IMG/VR virus record: IMGVR_UViG_3300031758_000060
DNA: 64,000 nucleotides
Strand: one strand, 5' to 3'
Source: an uncultured virus (IMG/VR IMGVR_UViG_3300031758_000060)
Lineage: Duplodnaviria; Heunggongvirae; Uroviricota; Caudoviricetes
The position numbers were made by a program, and so were the translations under genes. Positions 8,962 to 17,313 of the stretch are shown one piece after another (the first letter of the stretch is position 1; each line of letters starts with the position of its first letter). The notes beneath the pieces are model-generated. The model was given only the letters and a program-made list of their open reading frames with translations. It searched no databases and had not been told where the DNA came from.

Positions 8962-9323
8962 GCTGCCACCTCCGCACGGTAGCCGTAGGGCTCGCCATCG
9001 ATCCCCCACCGATGGTCACAGGCCACGCAACGGTACTCCGTGCCTCCGTTGCTCTCGGTCTCCTGGCTGGAGCACTCCGGGCATTCCCGGCCCGATGCGA
9101 CAGCCGCGCTATGGGCCCGCTCCCACCGGCACCCGTACACAGACGGGTAGAACAACACGCCATCGACCTCGATGCGGCCCGTGCTGCCACCGTGCCGGGG
9201 TGGAATGCCACCCGTCACCACGCCCCAGGCTCCACGGTGGCTCCGCACCTCCTGCCCTTCCTCAACGGGCTCGCCGGCCCGGTTGACCAGTTCCCACCGG
9301 CCAAGGTTGTTGGTTTCTTGCAT
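8958..9323 (-). CDS. Protein with C-terminal Zn ribbon; first gene of the leftward operon
   Basis: CPEC...CVAC; GGAAGGA RBS. Confidence 0.65.
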   Translation of the reverse strand: MQETNNLGRWELVNRAGEPVEEGQEVRSHRGAWGVVTGGIPPRHGGSTGRIEVDGVLFYPSVYGCRWERAHSAAVASGRECPECSSQETESNGGTEYRCVACDHRWGIDGEPYGYRAEVAA

Positions 9324-9387
9324 CTTTCGGTCCTTCCATCGCTTGTTGAGGTGTCTCCATTGTCAATAAATAAATCGTGAAATCGAA

Positions 9388-9402
9388 TAGGGGAAACCCC
9401 TA
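9388..9402. promoter_or_regulatory. Palindrome TAGGGG-AAA-CCCCTA upstream of the leftward operon
   Basis: Inverted repeat about 65 bp upstream of the 9323 start. Confidence 0.45.
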
Positions 9403-9501
9403 GACTTTTTTTCACATTGTGAAATCTGGAGGTCAAAGACACACGATTCACAAAAGTTCACAAGTTGAGTGTGAATCGGAAAATGGGAGTCGGTAATGAC
9501 A

Positions 9502-9514
9502 TAAGTTATTGATT
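9502..9514 (-). promoter_or_regulatory. IHF-binding consensus site
   Basis: TAAGTTATTGATT is the reverse complement of a WATCAANNNNTTR match. Confidence 0.6.
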
Positions 9515-9893
9515 TATATAGATATTTCTCTCTCTCTCTCTTCTCTCTCCCCTACAAGTTCACAAGTTCACCCATACCCATACCCTTTTGCTTCCCTACT
9601 TGCTGCCGCCCAGCCCAGGCGGGTGGGTGGGTATACCCCCGTGAAATCGTGTGAATCGTGAACCGGGGCCGGAAAAGCCTTGTGCGACAAGCACTTAGGC
9701 AGGGTTGGCCAGTTCACACGGTTTTGTGAACTGTGAATCGGGCACGGTCTGGTTGAATCAACCAGAACCCGGATTCATGCACCAACGTGGGGCGATCGTC
9801 GGTCGGGCTTGCTTCGGGGTGCCGTCGAGCGTGGCTTGACTTCGGCTGGGCCCGTTGAGGTAGACTCGCGGCACGCAACAAGCCCCGAGGAAC

Positions 9894-10274
9894 ATGCAGC
9901 AGATCGAGACACGCGAGCAGGCACGGGTGGTCCGGTGGTCGCATCTGGCCCAGGTTCGAGCCATCGCGCCTGCCCTGGCTTGGTTGCACCACTCGCCCAA
10001 CGGTGGCCTTCGCTCCGGCTTCACGGGCGCACAAATGAAGGCCTTGGGCACCAAGGCGGGATTCCCGGACTTGATCCTGCCCGTCGCCTCGCCGCCCCTG
10101 GCGATCGAAATGAAGACGGACACGGGCCGCACCAGCCCAGAACAGGATGGCTGGATCGACGCACTCACCCAGGCCGGGTGGACGACTGCCGTGTGCCGCA
10201 GCGCCGCCCAGGCTCGGGAAGTGCTCTGCCACCATCTCGGCCTGGACCCGGACACAGCGCCCCCGCTGCCCTGA
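9894..10274 (+). CDS. VRR-NUC domain nuclease (resolvase-like)
   Basis: HSPNGG, GTKAGFPDLILP, AIEMK, SPEQDGW. Confidence 0.85.
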   Translation: MQQIETREQARVVRWSHLAQVRAIAPALAWLHHSPNGGLRSGFTGAQMKALGTKAGFPDLILPVASPPLAIEMKTDTGRTSPEQDGWIDALTQAGWTTAVCRSAAQAREVLCHHLGLDPDTAPPLP

Positions 10275-10276
10275 CC

Positions 10277-10579
10277 ATGGTTGGCATCCGCGCCCGCTCC
10301 AGGTCGGCCCAGGCTGGCCGCACCACCAACCGACAGCGGGTGTTGTCCGTTGTCACCGATGCCCAGGCCAGCATGACAGGCCACGAGATCGCCACCCGAG
10401 CCGGATTGACCTACCGACAGACCATCGACGCACTGAACGACTTGTTGAACCAGGGACGCATCGCCCGCACAGGACGCAAGTTCTCGGCCCGCTGGGCCGC
10501 TCTCGCACCCCTCGACGACCCATCGGCCGCGCTCCAGGTGGCCATCTTCAACATGTCCAGGCCACGGAGGCACCCATGA
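10277..10579 (+). CDS. Winged-HTH DNA-binding protein
   Basis: MTGHEIATRAGLTYRQTIDALNDLLNQGRI. Confidence 0.7.
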   Translation: MVGIRARSRSAQAGRTTNRQRVLSVVTDAQASMTGHEIATRAGLTYRQTIDALNDLLNQGRIARTGRKFSARWAALAPLDDPSAALQVAIFNMSRPRRHP

Positions 10580-10950
10580 ACGCACCCACGAATGCACCCA
10601 ACGGCCCCTCGATCCTCGCCCAGGCTGCCCACATCGTCGATTCAGACCGTGAACGCACCTACGGAGACCCCGGACGCAACCTGCGAACGATCGCCAACCT
10701 CTGGGATTCGTGGCTCTTGGCCCGTGGATGGTCCGGTCCAGGCCTCAACACCGACGACGTAGCAATGATGATGGTCCTCCTCAAGGTCGCCAGACTCGCC
10801 CTCAACCCCCTGCACCACGACTCCCAGGTGGACGCAGCCGGCTACCTCCGGCTCCTGCAGCGCACACAGCAGGCCGCGGCGGCCGTGGCGCCTGGGCTCG
10901 ACGGCCCCACCCCCGGGGGGCAGGGCCCCGCGACGGGGGGCGGGGGGTGA
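10576..10950 (+). CDS. DUF6378-like protein
   Basis: ILAQAAHIVDSDRERTYGDP..N...IA.LW, DVAMMMVLLKVAR, HHDS.VD.AGY. Confidence 0.75.
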   Translation: MNAPTNAPNGPSILAQAAHIVDSDRERTYGDPGRNLRTIANLWDSWLLARGWSGPGLNTDDVAMMMVLLKVARLALNPLHHDSQVDAAGYLRLLQRTQQAAAAVAPGLDGPTPGGQGPATGGGG

Positions 10951-11005
10951 TTTTTTTAGCCCATCCCACCGGCCGCGCAATTTTCCAACTTTTACCCTAA
11001 AAAAT

Positions 11006-11503
11006 ATGATCGAACTTTTAGGCGGTGGAATCCTGGGCTCACTTCTCGGTGGAGCATTTCGCCTTGCTCCCGAAGTCCTCAAATTCTTCGACAGAAAAAA
11101 CGAGCGCCAGCATGAACTCAAGATGTTCGAGCAGCAGTGTGCTCTTGAGGCTCAGCGCGGCGCGCAGAGGTTCCAGGAGATCGGCGCCCAGCACGGCATG
11201 GCTGTCGATGTCGGAGTGCTTGACGCATTCAAGTCGGCAATCGACCAGCAGACCGAGATGGTCAAAGCGGCTGGTGGCTGGGTGGCCTCCCTGGCCGCAT
11301 CGGTCAGGCCCATCGTCACGTACTGGATCCTCGGCCTCTGGTCGTTCATCCATGTCTGGTTCGCGTGGAATGCATGGCTGGCTGGCGATACGGCGAGCGA
11401 GGTGTTCAAGACCATGATGACCGCCGACTTCGCGGCCCTGGTGGCCGGCACGCTGAACTACTGGTTCCTTGACCGGACTCTGAAGCAGCGGGGCCTCGCG
11501 TGA
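11006..11503 (+). CDS. Holin-like membrane protein
   Basis: N-terminal hydrophobic segment, SVRPIVTY, TM helices, YWFLDR; directly before the lysozyme. Confidence 0.65.
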   Translation: MIELLGGGILGSLLGGAFRLAPEVLKFFDRKNERQHELKMFEQQCALEAQRGAQRFQEIGAQHGMAVDVGVLDAFKSAIDQQTEMVKAAGGWVASLAASVRPIVTYWILGLWSFIHVWFAWNAWLAGDTASEVFKTMMTADFAALVAGTLNYWFLDRTLKQRGLA

Positions 11504-11982
11504 ACCTCGCCGTAGCGGTCGCTCTGTGCAAGCACTTCGAGGGCCTGCACCGGTTGGGTAAGGATGGGTTGATCTACCCGTACCTGTGCCCAGCCAACGT
11601 CTGGACGATTGGCTACGGCTCGACCTACTACGAAGACGGACGGCGCGTGTCGCCAGACGACCAGCCCATTACCCGGGAGCGCGCCGAGCAACTGCTGCTG
11701 TGGGAACTGACCAAGGTGTCGGCGCCTGCCGTTATCCGGCTGGTGCCTGAGTTGTTTGCCTGGAGCGTGCGCAACGGCGTGTGGCGAGCTTTCTGCGCCA
11801 TCGTGGACTTCACCTTCAACCTGGGTTCCGGCCGGCTCCAGACCTCCACGCTGCGGCGCAAGCTGCGGGCCCTGGACTGGGAAGGATCCAAGGAGCAGTT
11901 GCGGCTGTGGGTGCGCGGCGGCGGCCGGGTGCTGCCCGGGCTGGTCAAGCGGCGGGACGCCGAGTGCGCGCTGTTCGACTGA
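11500..11982 (+). CDS. Endolysin, GH24 phage lysozyme
   Basis: FEG...YLCPANVWTIGYG, FTFNLG, STLRRKL, GGRVLPGLVKRR..E. Confidence 0.92.
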   Translation: MNLAVAVALCKHFEGLHRLGKDGLIYPYLCPANVWTIGYGSTYYEDGRRVSPDDQPITRERAEQLLLWELTKVSAPAVIRLVPELFAWSVRNGVWRAFCAIVDFTFNLGSGRLQTSTLRRKLRALDWEGSKEQLRLWVRGGGRVLPGLVKRRDAECALFD

Positions 11983-11996
11983 CTCTGAACGACCAC

Positions 11997-12917
11997 ATGA
12001 TTCGATACGCACCAATCGCTCCCACGGCCAAGCAGGAAAAACTCGCTGCCAAGGCCGCGGCGCGCACCAACCACGGCAACATCACCGCCGAGCAGGAAGC
12101 CTACTGCCGCGGCAGGGCCATGGGCATGAGTCCTGCCGAGGCCGTCGCTGCGGCGGGGCTGAAGTACAAGGAAGAAACCTGCAGGAAGTGGGAGTACAAC
12201 AACGATCACGTCAAGGCGCGCATCGCCGAACTGTCGGAGATCGCCACCAAGAACGCCATCATCAAGACGGGGCTCGACCGCGAATGGGTCATCACCAAGC
12301 TGATGACCGTTGTCGATCGCTGTATGCAGGAAGAGCAAGTCCTCGACAAGAAAGGCAAACCAACTGGCGAATACAAGTTCGACGCGGCAGGGGCCAACGC
12401 GGCATTGAAGATGCTCGGCGACACCATGGGCCTGTTCAAGCCAGCCGAAAAGAAGCCTGGGGATGAGTATGAAGAACTTTCCGACGACGACATTGCCCGA
12501 ATCGCTGGCGAACTTGCCGCCCAAGTTGGTCTACTTGCGCCTTCTTCAGGAAATGAAGCGTCGGCAGGAGAAGAACAAGTTATCACGCTATCAGCCCTAC
12601 CAGAAGCAGACGTTCTTTCACAACGCTGGAGCGCAGTACCGGGAGAGGCTGTTTCGAGCGGGAAACCAGTTGGGCAAGACCTGGAGCAGCGCCTACGAGG
12701 TGGCCTACCACCTGACGGGGAAGTACCCGGACTGGTGGAAGGGCAAGATGTGGTCTCGTGGGGTGACGGGCTGGGCGCTGGGCGAGTCGATGGAATCGAC
12801 CCGGGACACGATGCAGCGCCTCATCATGGGCCGGCCTGGGGAGTGGGGGACCGGGACAATTCCGGCCGACCTGATCCTGGACGTGAAGAGGGCGCAGGGG
12901 ATCGCGGACTCGCTTGA
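11997..12917 (+). CDS. terS: Terminase small subunit (frame runs 455 nt into terL)
   Basis: Position before TerL; QEAYCRG...VKARIAEL, YKFDAAGANAALKMLG..MGLF, ELSDDDI; first in-frame stop at 12915-12917. Confidence 0.7.
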   Translation: MIRYAPIAPTAKQEKLAAKAAARTNHGNITAEQEAYCRGRAMGMSPAEAVAAAGLKYKEETCRKWEYNNDHVKARIAELSEIATKNAIIKTGLDREWVITKLMTVVDRCMQEEQVLDKKGKPTGEYKFDAAGANAALKMLGDTMGLFKPAEKKPGDEYEELSDDDIARIAGELAAQVGLLAPSSGNEASAGEEQVITLSALPEADVLSQRWSAVPGEAVSSGKPVGQDLEQRLRGGLPPDGEVPGLVEGQDVVSWGDGLGAGRVDGIDPGHDAAPHHGPAWGVGDRDNSGRPDPGREEGAGDRGLA

Positions 12918-13935
12918 CTGCGTCTTCGTCAAGCACATTTCCAAGGGCGTCAGCCGCCTGTACTTCAAGTCCTACGAGAAGGGTCGCTCCAAGCTGCAGG
13001 GCGAGACCCTGGACTTCGCGGCTCTGGACGAAGAACCGCCGCTGGACATCTACACCGAGGTGCTGACCCGCACCAACGCCACCCGCGGCATCGTCTGGAT
13101 CACCTTCACCCCGCTGCTGGGCATGAGCGAGGTGGTCCGACGCTTCCTGCAGGAGTCCAGCCCCGATCGCATCGACATCAACATGACGATCGACGACGTG
13201 GGCCACTACACGGCCGAGGACAAGGCCCGCATCATCGCTGGCTACCCGGCGCACGAGCGCGAAGCGCGGGCCAAGGGTATCCCCATCCTGGGTTCGGGGC
13301 GGGTGTTTCCCATCGCCGAGGCCGAGATTACCGTCGAGCCTTTCATCATCCCAGACCACTGGCCGCGAATCGTGGGCATCGACTTTGGCATCGACCACCC
13401 GAGCGCGGGGGCATGGCTGGCCTGGGACCGCGACACCGACACCATCTACATCTACGACACCTACCGCGTCTCCAACGAGACGCCCGTGGAAATCGTGCCT
13501 CGCATCACTCAACGAGGTCCGTGGATACCGGTGTCGTGGCCGGCCGACGGCCTGCAGCGCAGCAAGGGCGACGGCATCCAGTTGGCCGAGCAGTACCGCA
13601 ACAACGGCGCGAACATGCTGCACGAGTTCGCGCAGTTGCCCGAGACCGGCGACGAGGAAGGCAAGAAGATGAGCCGCACCAGCGTCGAGGCTGGCGTCAT
13701 GGCCATGTTCGAGGACATGAAAAAGGGCAAGTTCAAGGTCTTCTCCAACCTCAATGACTGGTTTTCCGAGTTCCGCATCTACCACCGCAAGGACGGCCAG
13801 ATCGTCAAGCTCCAGGACGACATTCTCAGCGCCACCCGCTACGCTTACGTGATGCGCAGATACGCCCAAATTGTCCCCGACCCAGGCAAACTCGTGCTCA
13901 ACCCAAGACGTGACTACGACTGGCGAGCCGGTTGA
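12463..13935 (+). CDS. terL: Terminase large subunit, P22 gp2-like
   Basis: RLFRAGNQLGKT Walker A, ALDEEP Walker B, TFTPLLGMS, GIDFG.DHP nuclease, DDILSATRYA. Confidence 0.95.
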   Translation: MSMKNFPTTTLPESLANLPPKLVYLRLLQEMKRRQEKNKLSRYQPYQKQTFFHNAGAQYRERLFRAGNQLGKTWSSAYEVAYHLTGKYPDWWKGKMWSRGVTGWALGESMESTRDTMQRLIMGRPGEWGTGTIPADLILDVKRAQGIADSLDCVFVKHISKGVSRLYFKSYEKGRSKLQGETLDFAALDEEPPLDIYTEVLTRTNATRGIVWITFTPLLGMSEVVRRFLQESSPDRIDINMTIDDVGHYTAEDKARIIAGYPAHEREARAKGIPILGSGRVFPIAEAEITVEPFIIPDHWPRIVGIDFGIDHPSAGAWLAWDRDTDTIYIYDTYRVSNETPVEIVPRITQRGPWIPVSWPADGLQRSKGDGIQLAEQYRNNGANMLHEFAQLPETGDEEGKKMSRTSVEAGVMAMFEDMKKGKFKVFSNLNDWFSEFRIYHRKDGQIVKLQDDILSATRYAYVMRRYAQIVPDPGKLVLNPRRDYDWRAG

Positions 13936-14019
13936 CACCCTACCGGAGCGCGAACTGAGGGCCAAATTGCCACTGGATGGCCAAAATGTGACGCAAGACC
14001 CCCTTTCTGGACCCATTTC

Positions 14020-16110
14020 ATGCCCATTGGCGACATCCAGTTGACCGGCGCGGCCATTGAGGGCCCCGTACAAGTCGATGAGCGCCCCAGCGGCGACATT
14101 GTGATCGGCGAGCGTCCCACCGACGGCGCTCAGACCCCCGAAGACCTCGAAAATGGCGCCCTTCCGAGGGCCCAGGTCGAGCAATTCCTGATGGAAATTC
14201 GCCACCAGCCCAACTGGCGGCGCGAAGCGGACAAGGCGGCCGACTACTACGACGGCAACCAGCTATCTCCCGAGACCGTGGAGAAGCTGCAAGACCGCGG
14301 ACAGCCTCCTCTGGTCACCAACCTCATCAAGCCCAGCATCGACACGGTCCTGGGCATGGAGGCCAAGACCAGAACCGACTGGAAGGTGCGCCCCGAGGAC
14401 AACGACGAGTGCCCGGACGAGGTGTCCGAGGCCATGTCGATCAAACTCAAGCACGCCGAGAGCGAATCACGCGCCGACAGGGCTGTTTCTGACGCCTACG
14501 CCGCCCAGGTCAAGGCCGGCCTGGGGTGGGTGGAAGTCGCCCGCGAGTCCGACCCGTTCCGCTGCCCGTACCGGGTCAAGTACATCCACCGCCGCGAGAT
14601 CTTCTGGGACTGGCGGGCCGAGCAGCCCGACCTGTCAGACGCCCGCTACCTCATCCGCAGGCGATGGCTTGACCTGGAGCACGCCATTGCGCTCATGCCC
14701 CAGTACGCCTCGCTGTTCAGGATGACCACCGGGGGCTGGGCCGGGTTCGATCCGCTGCTGGAGCAGGATTCCAGGCTCGTGCAGTCATGGGAGATCGAGC
14801 GCGACACCCGCATCGAGGCCGTAGACTGGCGCGACATCCAGCGTCTGCGCATCTGCCTGTACGAGATCTGGTATCGCAAGTGGGTGCGCGGCTACGTCAT
14901 GCGCCTGCCGAACGGCACCATCATGGAAGCTGACTTCCGCAACCCGCGCCACAACGAGGCCATCGTCGCCGGAATTGCCCAGGTCAAGCAGGCCACGTTC
15001 CAGAAGGTCAGGCTGGCGTGGTACGTCGGCCCGCACTTCCTCTACGACGTGCCCAGCCCGTACAAGCACAACCACTTCCCCTACGTCCCGTTCTTCGGCC
15101 ACCGCGAAGACCTGACCAACGTCCCCTACGGCATCATCCGCACCATGATCTCGCCGCAAGACGAGATCAACGCCCGCAAGTCCAAGATGCTGTGGCTGCT
15201 CAACAGCCGGCGCGCAGTGGTGGACGCGGATGCCGTGCTCGATCACAACAAGGCCGCGTCAGAGATCAGCCGCCCCGACTCCTACATCATCCTCAACGCT
15301 AACCGCAAGCCAAACTCAAAGTTCACGGTCGAGCCCGGTGGCGATCTGGCGCGGGATCAGTTCTCCGTCATGCAGGAGGCCAAGCAGGAGATCGCCGAGG
15401 CCAGCGGCATCCACAAGTCGATGATGGGGCAGCAGACCAACGCACGGTCGGGGCTGGCCATCAACTCGCTGGTCGAGCAGGGGATGAACACCATCGCCGA
15501 GATCAACGACAACTTCCGCTACTCCCGCCGACTGGTGGGCGAAATGCTGTTCGAGTTGGTGCGCCAGGAGATCGGTCAGGGCCCGACGCGGGTCACCATC
15601 GGCGAAGGAGCGCGCAAGCGCACCATCGTGCTCAACGGCCGCGGCATCGACCCTGAGACGGGTGAAGAGGTGTCCATCAACGACATCTCCCGCATCAAGA
15701 CCAAGATCGTGCTGGACGACGTGCAGAACACGCCGACCTACAAGATGCAGATGCTGACGATGCTGACCGAGATCGCCAAGAGTCTGCCGCCCCAGCAGCA
15801 GGGTCTGGTCATGGACTTCGTGGTCGAAGCCACCGACCTGCCAAAGCGGTTCGAGATCGCCGATCGCCTGCGCGGCGCGCTGGGCATCTTGCCGCCCGAG
15901 CAGCAGGCGCAGGCCATGCAGCAGCAGCAAGCCGAGATGGCCAAGGCCGCTGCGATGCAGGAAAAGATGTTCGTCCTGGAAGCCGCCGAGAAGGCTGCCA
16001 ACATCCGCAAGATCACCGCCGAGGCCGAGCGCGCCATGGGTCAGGCCGAGGCCGCCCGCAACCCGCCCGAGGTCGAGCCGGTTACCGTGAACGGCCCGAC
16101 GGTCCAATAG
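14020..16110 (+). CDS. Portal protein, P22-like
   Basis: YYDGNQ, NLIKPSIDTVLG, DLSDARY, FPYVPF, SPQDEINARKSK, Gln-rich C-terminal barrel region. Confidence 0.92.
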   Translation: MPIGDIQLTGAAIEGPVQVDERPSGDIVIGERPTDGAQTPEDLENGALPRAQVEQFLMEIRHQPNWRREADKAADYYDGNQLSPETVEKLQDRGQPPLVTNLIKPSIDTVLGMEAKTRTDWKVRPEDNDECPDEVSEAMSIKLKHAESESRADRAVSDAYAAQVKAGLGWVEVARESDPFRCPYRVKYIHRREIFWDWRAEQPDLSDARYLIRRRWLDLEHAIALMPQYASLFRMTTGGWAGFDPLLEQDSRLVQSWEIERDTRIEAVDWRDIQRLRICLYEIWYRKWVRGYVMRLPNGTIMEADFRNPRHNEAIVAGIAQVKQATFQKVRLAWYVGPHFLYDVPSPYKHNHFPYVPFFGHREDLTNVPYGIIRTMISPQDEINARKSKMLWLLNSRRAVVDADAVLDHNKAASEISRPDSYIILNANRKPNSKFTVEPGGDLARDQFSVMQEAKQEIAEASGIHKSMMGQQTNARSGLAINSLVEQGMNTIAEINDNFRYSRRLVGEMLFELVRQEIGQGPTRVTIGEGARKRTIVLNGRGIDPETGEEVSINDISRIKTKIVLDDVQNTPTYKMQMLTMLTEIAKSLPPQQQGLVMDFVVEATDLPKRFEIADRLRGALGILPPEQQAQAMQQQQAEMAKAAAMQEKMFVLEAAEKAANIRKITAEAERAMGQAEAARNPPEVEPVTVNGPTVQ

Positions 16111-16138
16111 TTGTCTCCCTCCTTGCAGTTGCAAGTTC

Positions 16139-16163
16139 GGCCCGCCTCGTGCGGGCCTTTTTT
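16139..16163 (+). terminator. Rho-independent terminator after the portal gene
   Basis: GGCCCGC-CTCGT-GCGGGCC followed by T6. Confidence 0.8.
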
Positions 16164-16290
16164 CGACCAAGGTCAAATTGCTCTGGCCGCTTGATACTGA
16201 TTACGCCTGTGAAACCGTCACCCCCGCCATGGGTCATTGGCCGGTCAAAGCAGGATTTCCGCAACCAACGCGATACGTGGAGTGAAGTGA

Positions 16291-17292
16291 ATGGCAGATC
16301 TCAGCTTGGATGTAAACACGACCGACCCCGAGGCCCTGGCCAAGGTGTTCGAGCAGATCGAAAGCGGGCAAGACCTGCAGACCTCTGACAACAAACCGGT
16401 CGAGAACCCCCAAGACGAGACGGCAGGAACCTCGAACAAAGAGCAGCAGGCCGAGCAGGGCCAGACAGACCAAAGCAACGAGGCCGAAGAAGCGGCCGGA
16501 ATTGCCACCAAGGACGGGAAGCACGTCATTCCGTACTCGGTGCTCAAGAGCGAGCGAGAACGCGCCACCCGGGCCGAGCAGTTGGCCCAGGAGATGAAGG
16601 AGCGAGTCGAGGCGCTTGAGGCCATGGTCAAGTCTGGTAATCAAGGGGCGAAAGATGGTGAGAGCGCCCGCACCGACCAGCAAACGCCAGCAGCAGATCA
16701 GCTTTCCAAGGAGGATCTGGAATCACTCAAGGAAGACTTCCCGACTGTCTACAAGGCGGTAATGGCGTCGATGGCGAAAGCCCAGGCGCTCGAAGCCAAG
16801 TTGCAGCCCGTCGAGGAAACTGTGCGCAACGCCCAGGAAGATCAAGCGCGGACGGCAGCCGACACGGTGCAGGACGCGATTGACTCGGTCCCGAAGCTGG
16901 CGCACATCCAGGCCAACAATCCAGAAGCGTTCGAGCTTGCCAAGGAGTTCGACGCCAATCTGCGTGCCCTAAGCGCCTGGGCAGGTCGCAGCCTTGCAGA
17001 GCGATTTCAGAAGGTCTCCGAGATGGTGGAAGCCGCGATCGGTCCAATCGAGATTCCGGGAGCCAAGCCGACTTCACAACCGAGTGCCGAAGATCTACGG
17101 AAGGCGGCGATCGCCAGGGCCAGCAGCGCATCCAAGCGCGATGTCCCGACGTCGTTGTCCGAGTTCCCGGCCGGTCAGGCGCCAGCCACGGATGAACGGG
17201 CGGCAGTGGAGCAACTCAGCGCGCTCCAGCTTGCCGAGAAGTTCTCCAAGATGTCGTCTGATGACATGGATGCGTATTTCCGCGCTTTGTAA
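16291..17292 (+). CDS. Capsid scaffolding protein
   Basis: Acidic coiled-coil protein between portal and capsid; KDGKHVIPY. Confidence 0.75.
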   Translation: MADLSLDVNTTDPEALAKVFEQIESGQDLQTSDNKPVENPQDETAGTSNKEQQAEQGQTDQSNEAEEAAGIATKDGKHVIPYSVLKSERERATRAEQLAQEMKERVEALEAMVKSGNQGAKDGESARTDQQTPAADQLSKEDLESLKEDFPTVYKAVMASMAKAQALEAKLQPVEETVRNAQEDQARTAADTVQDAIDSVPKLAHIQANNPEAFELAKEFDANLRALSAWAGRSLAERFQKVSEMVEAAIGPIEIPGAKPTSQPSAEDLRKAAIARASSASKRDVPTSLSEFPAGQAPATDERAAVEQLSALQLAEKFSKMSSDDMDAYFRAL

Positions 17293-17313
17293 CCACTTTC
17301 ATAGGAGCCAATC

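Larger units (their letters stand above)
9370..9745. repeat. Iteron-rich AT-rich region, probable replication origin
   Basis: 14 GTGAA/TTCAC pentamers counted by eye, IHF-consensus site, CT tract, no credible ORF. Confidence 0.6.

Noticed and set aside
9370..9745. Short repeats as a CRISPR array
   Set aside because: Repeats are 5-9 bp, irregularly spaced and in both orientations
9836..9866. Rightward promoter TTGACT...TAGACT
   Set aside because: The 19-nt spacer is suboptimal and there is no extended -10; too weak to call
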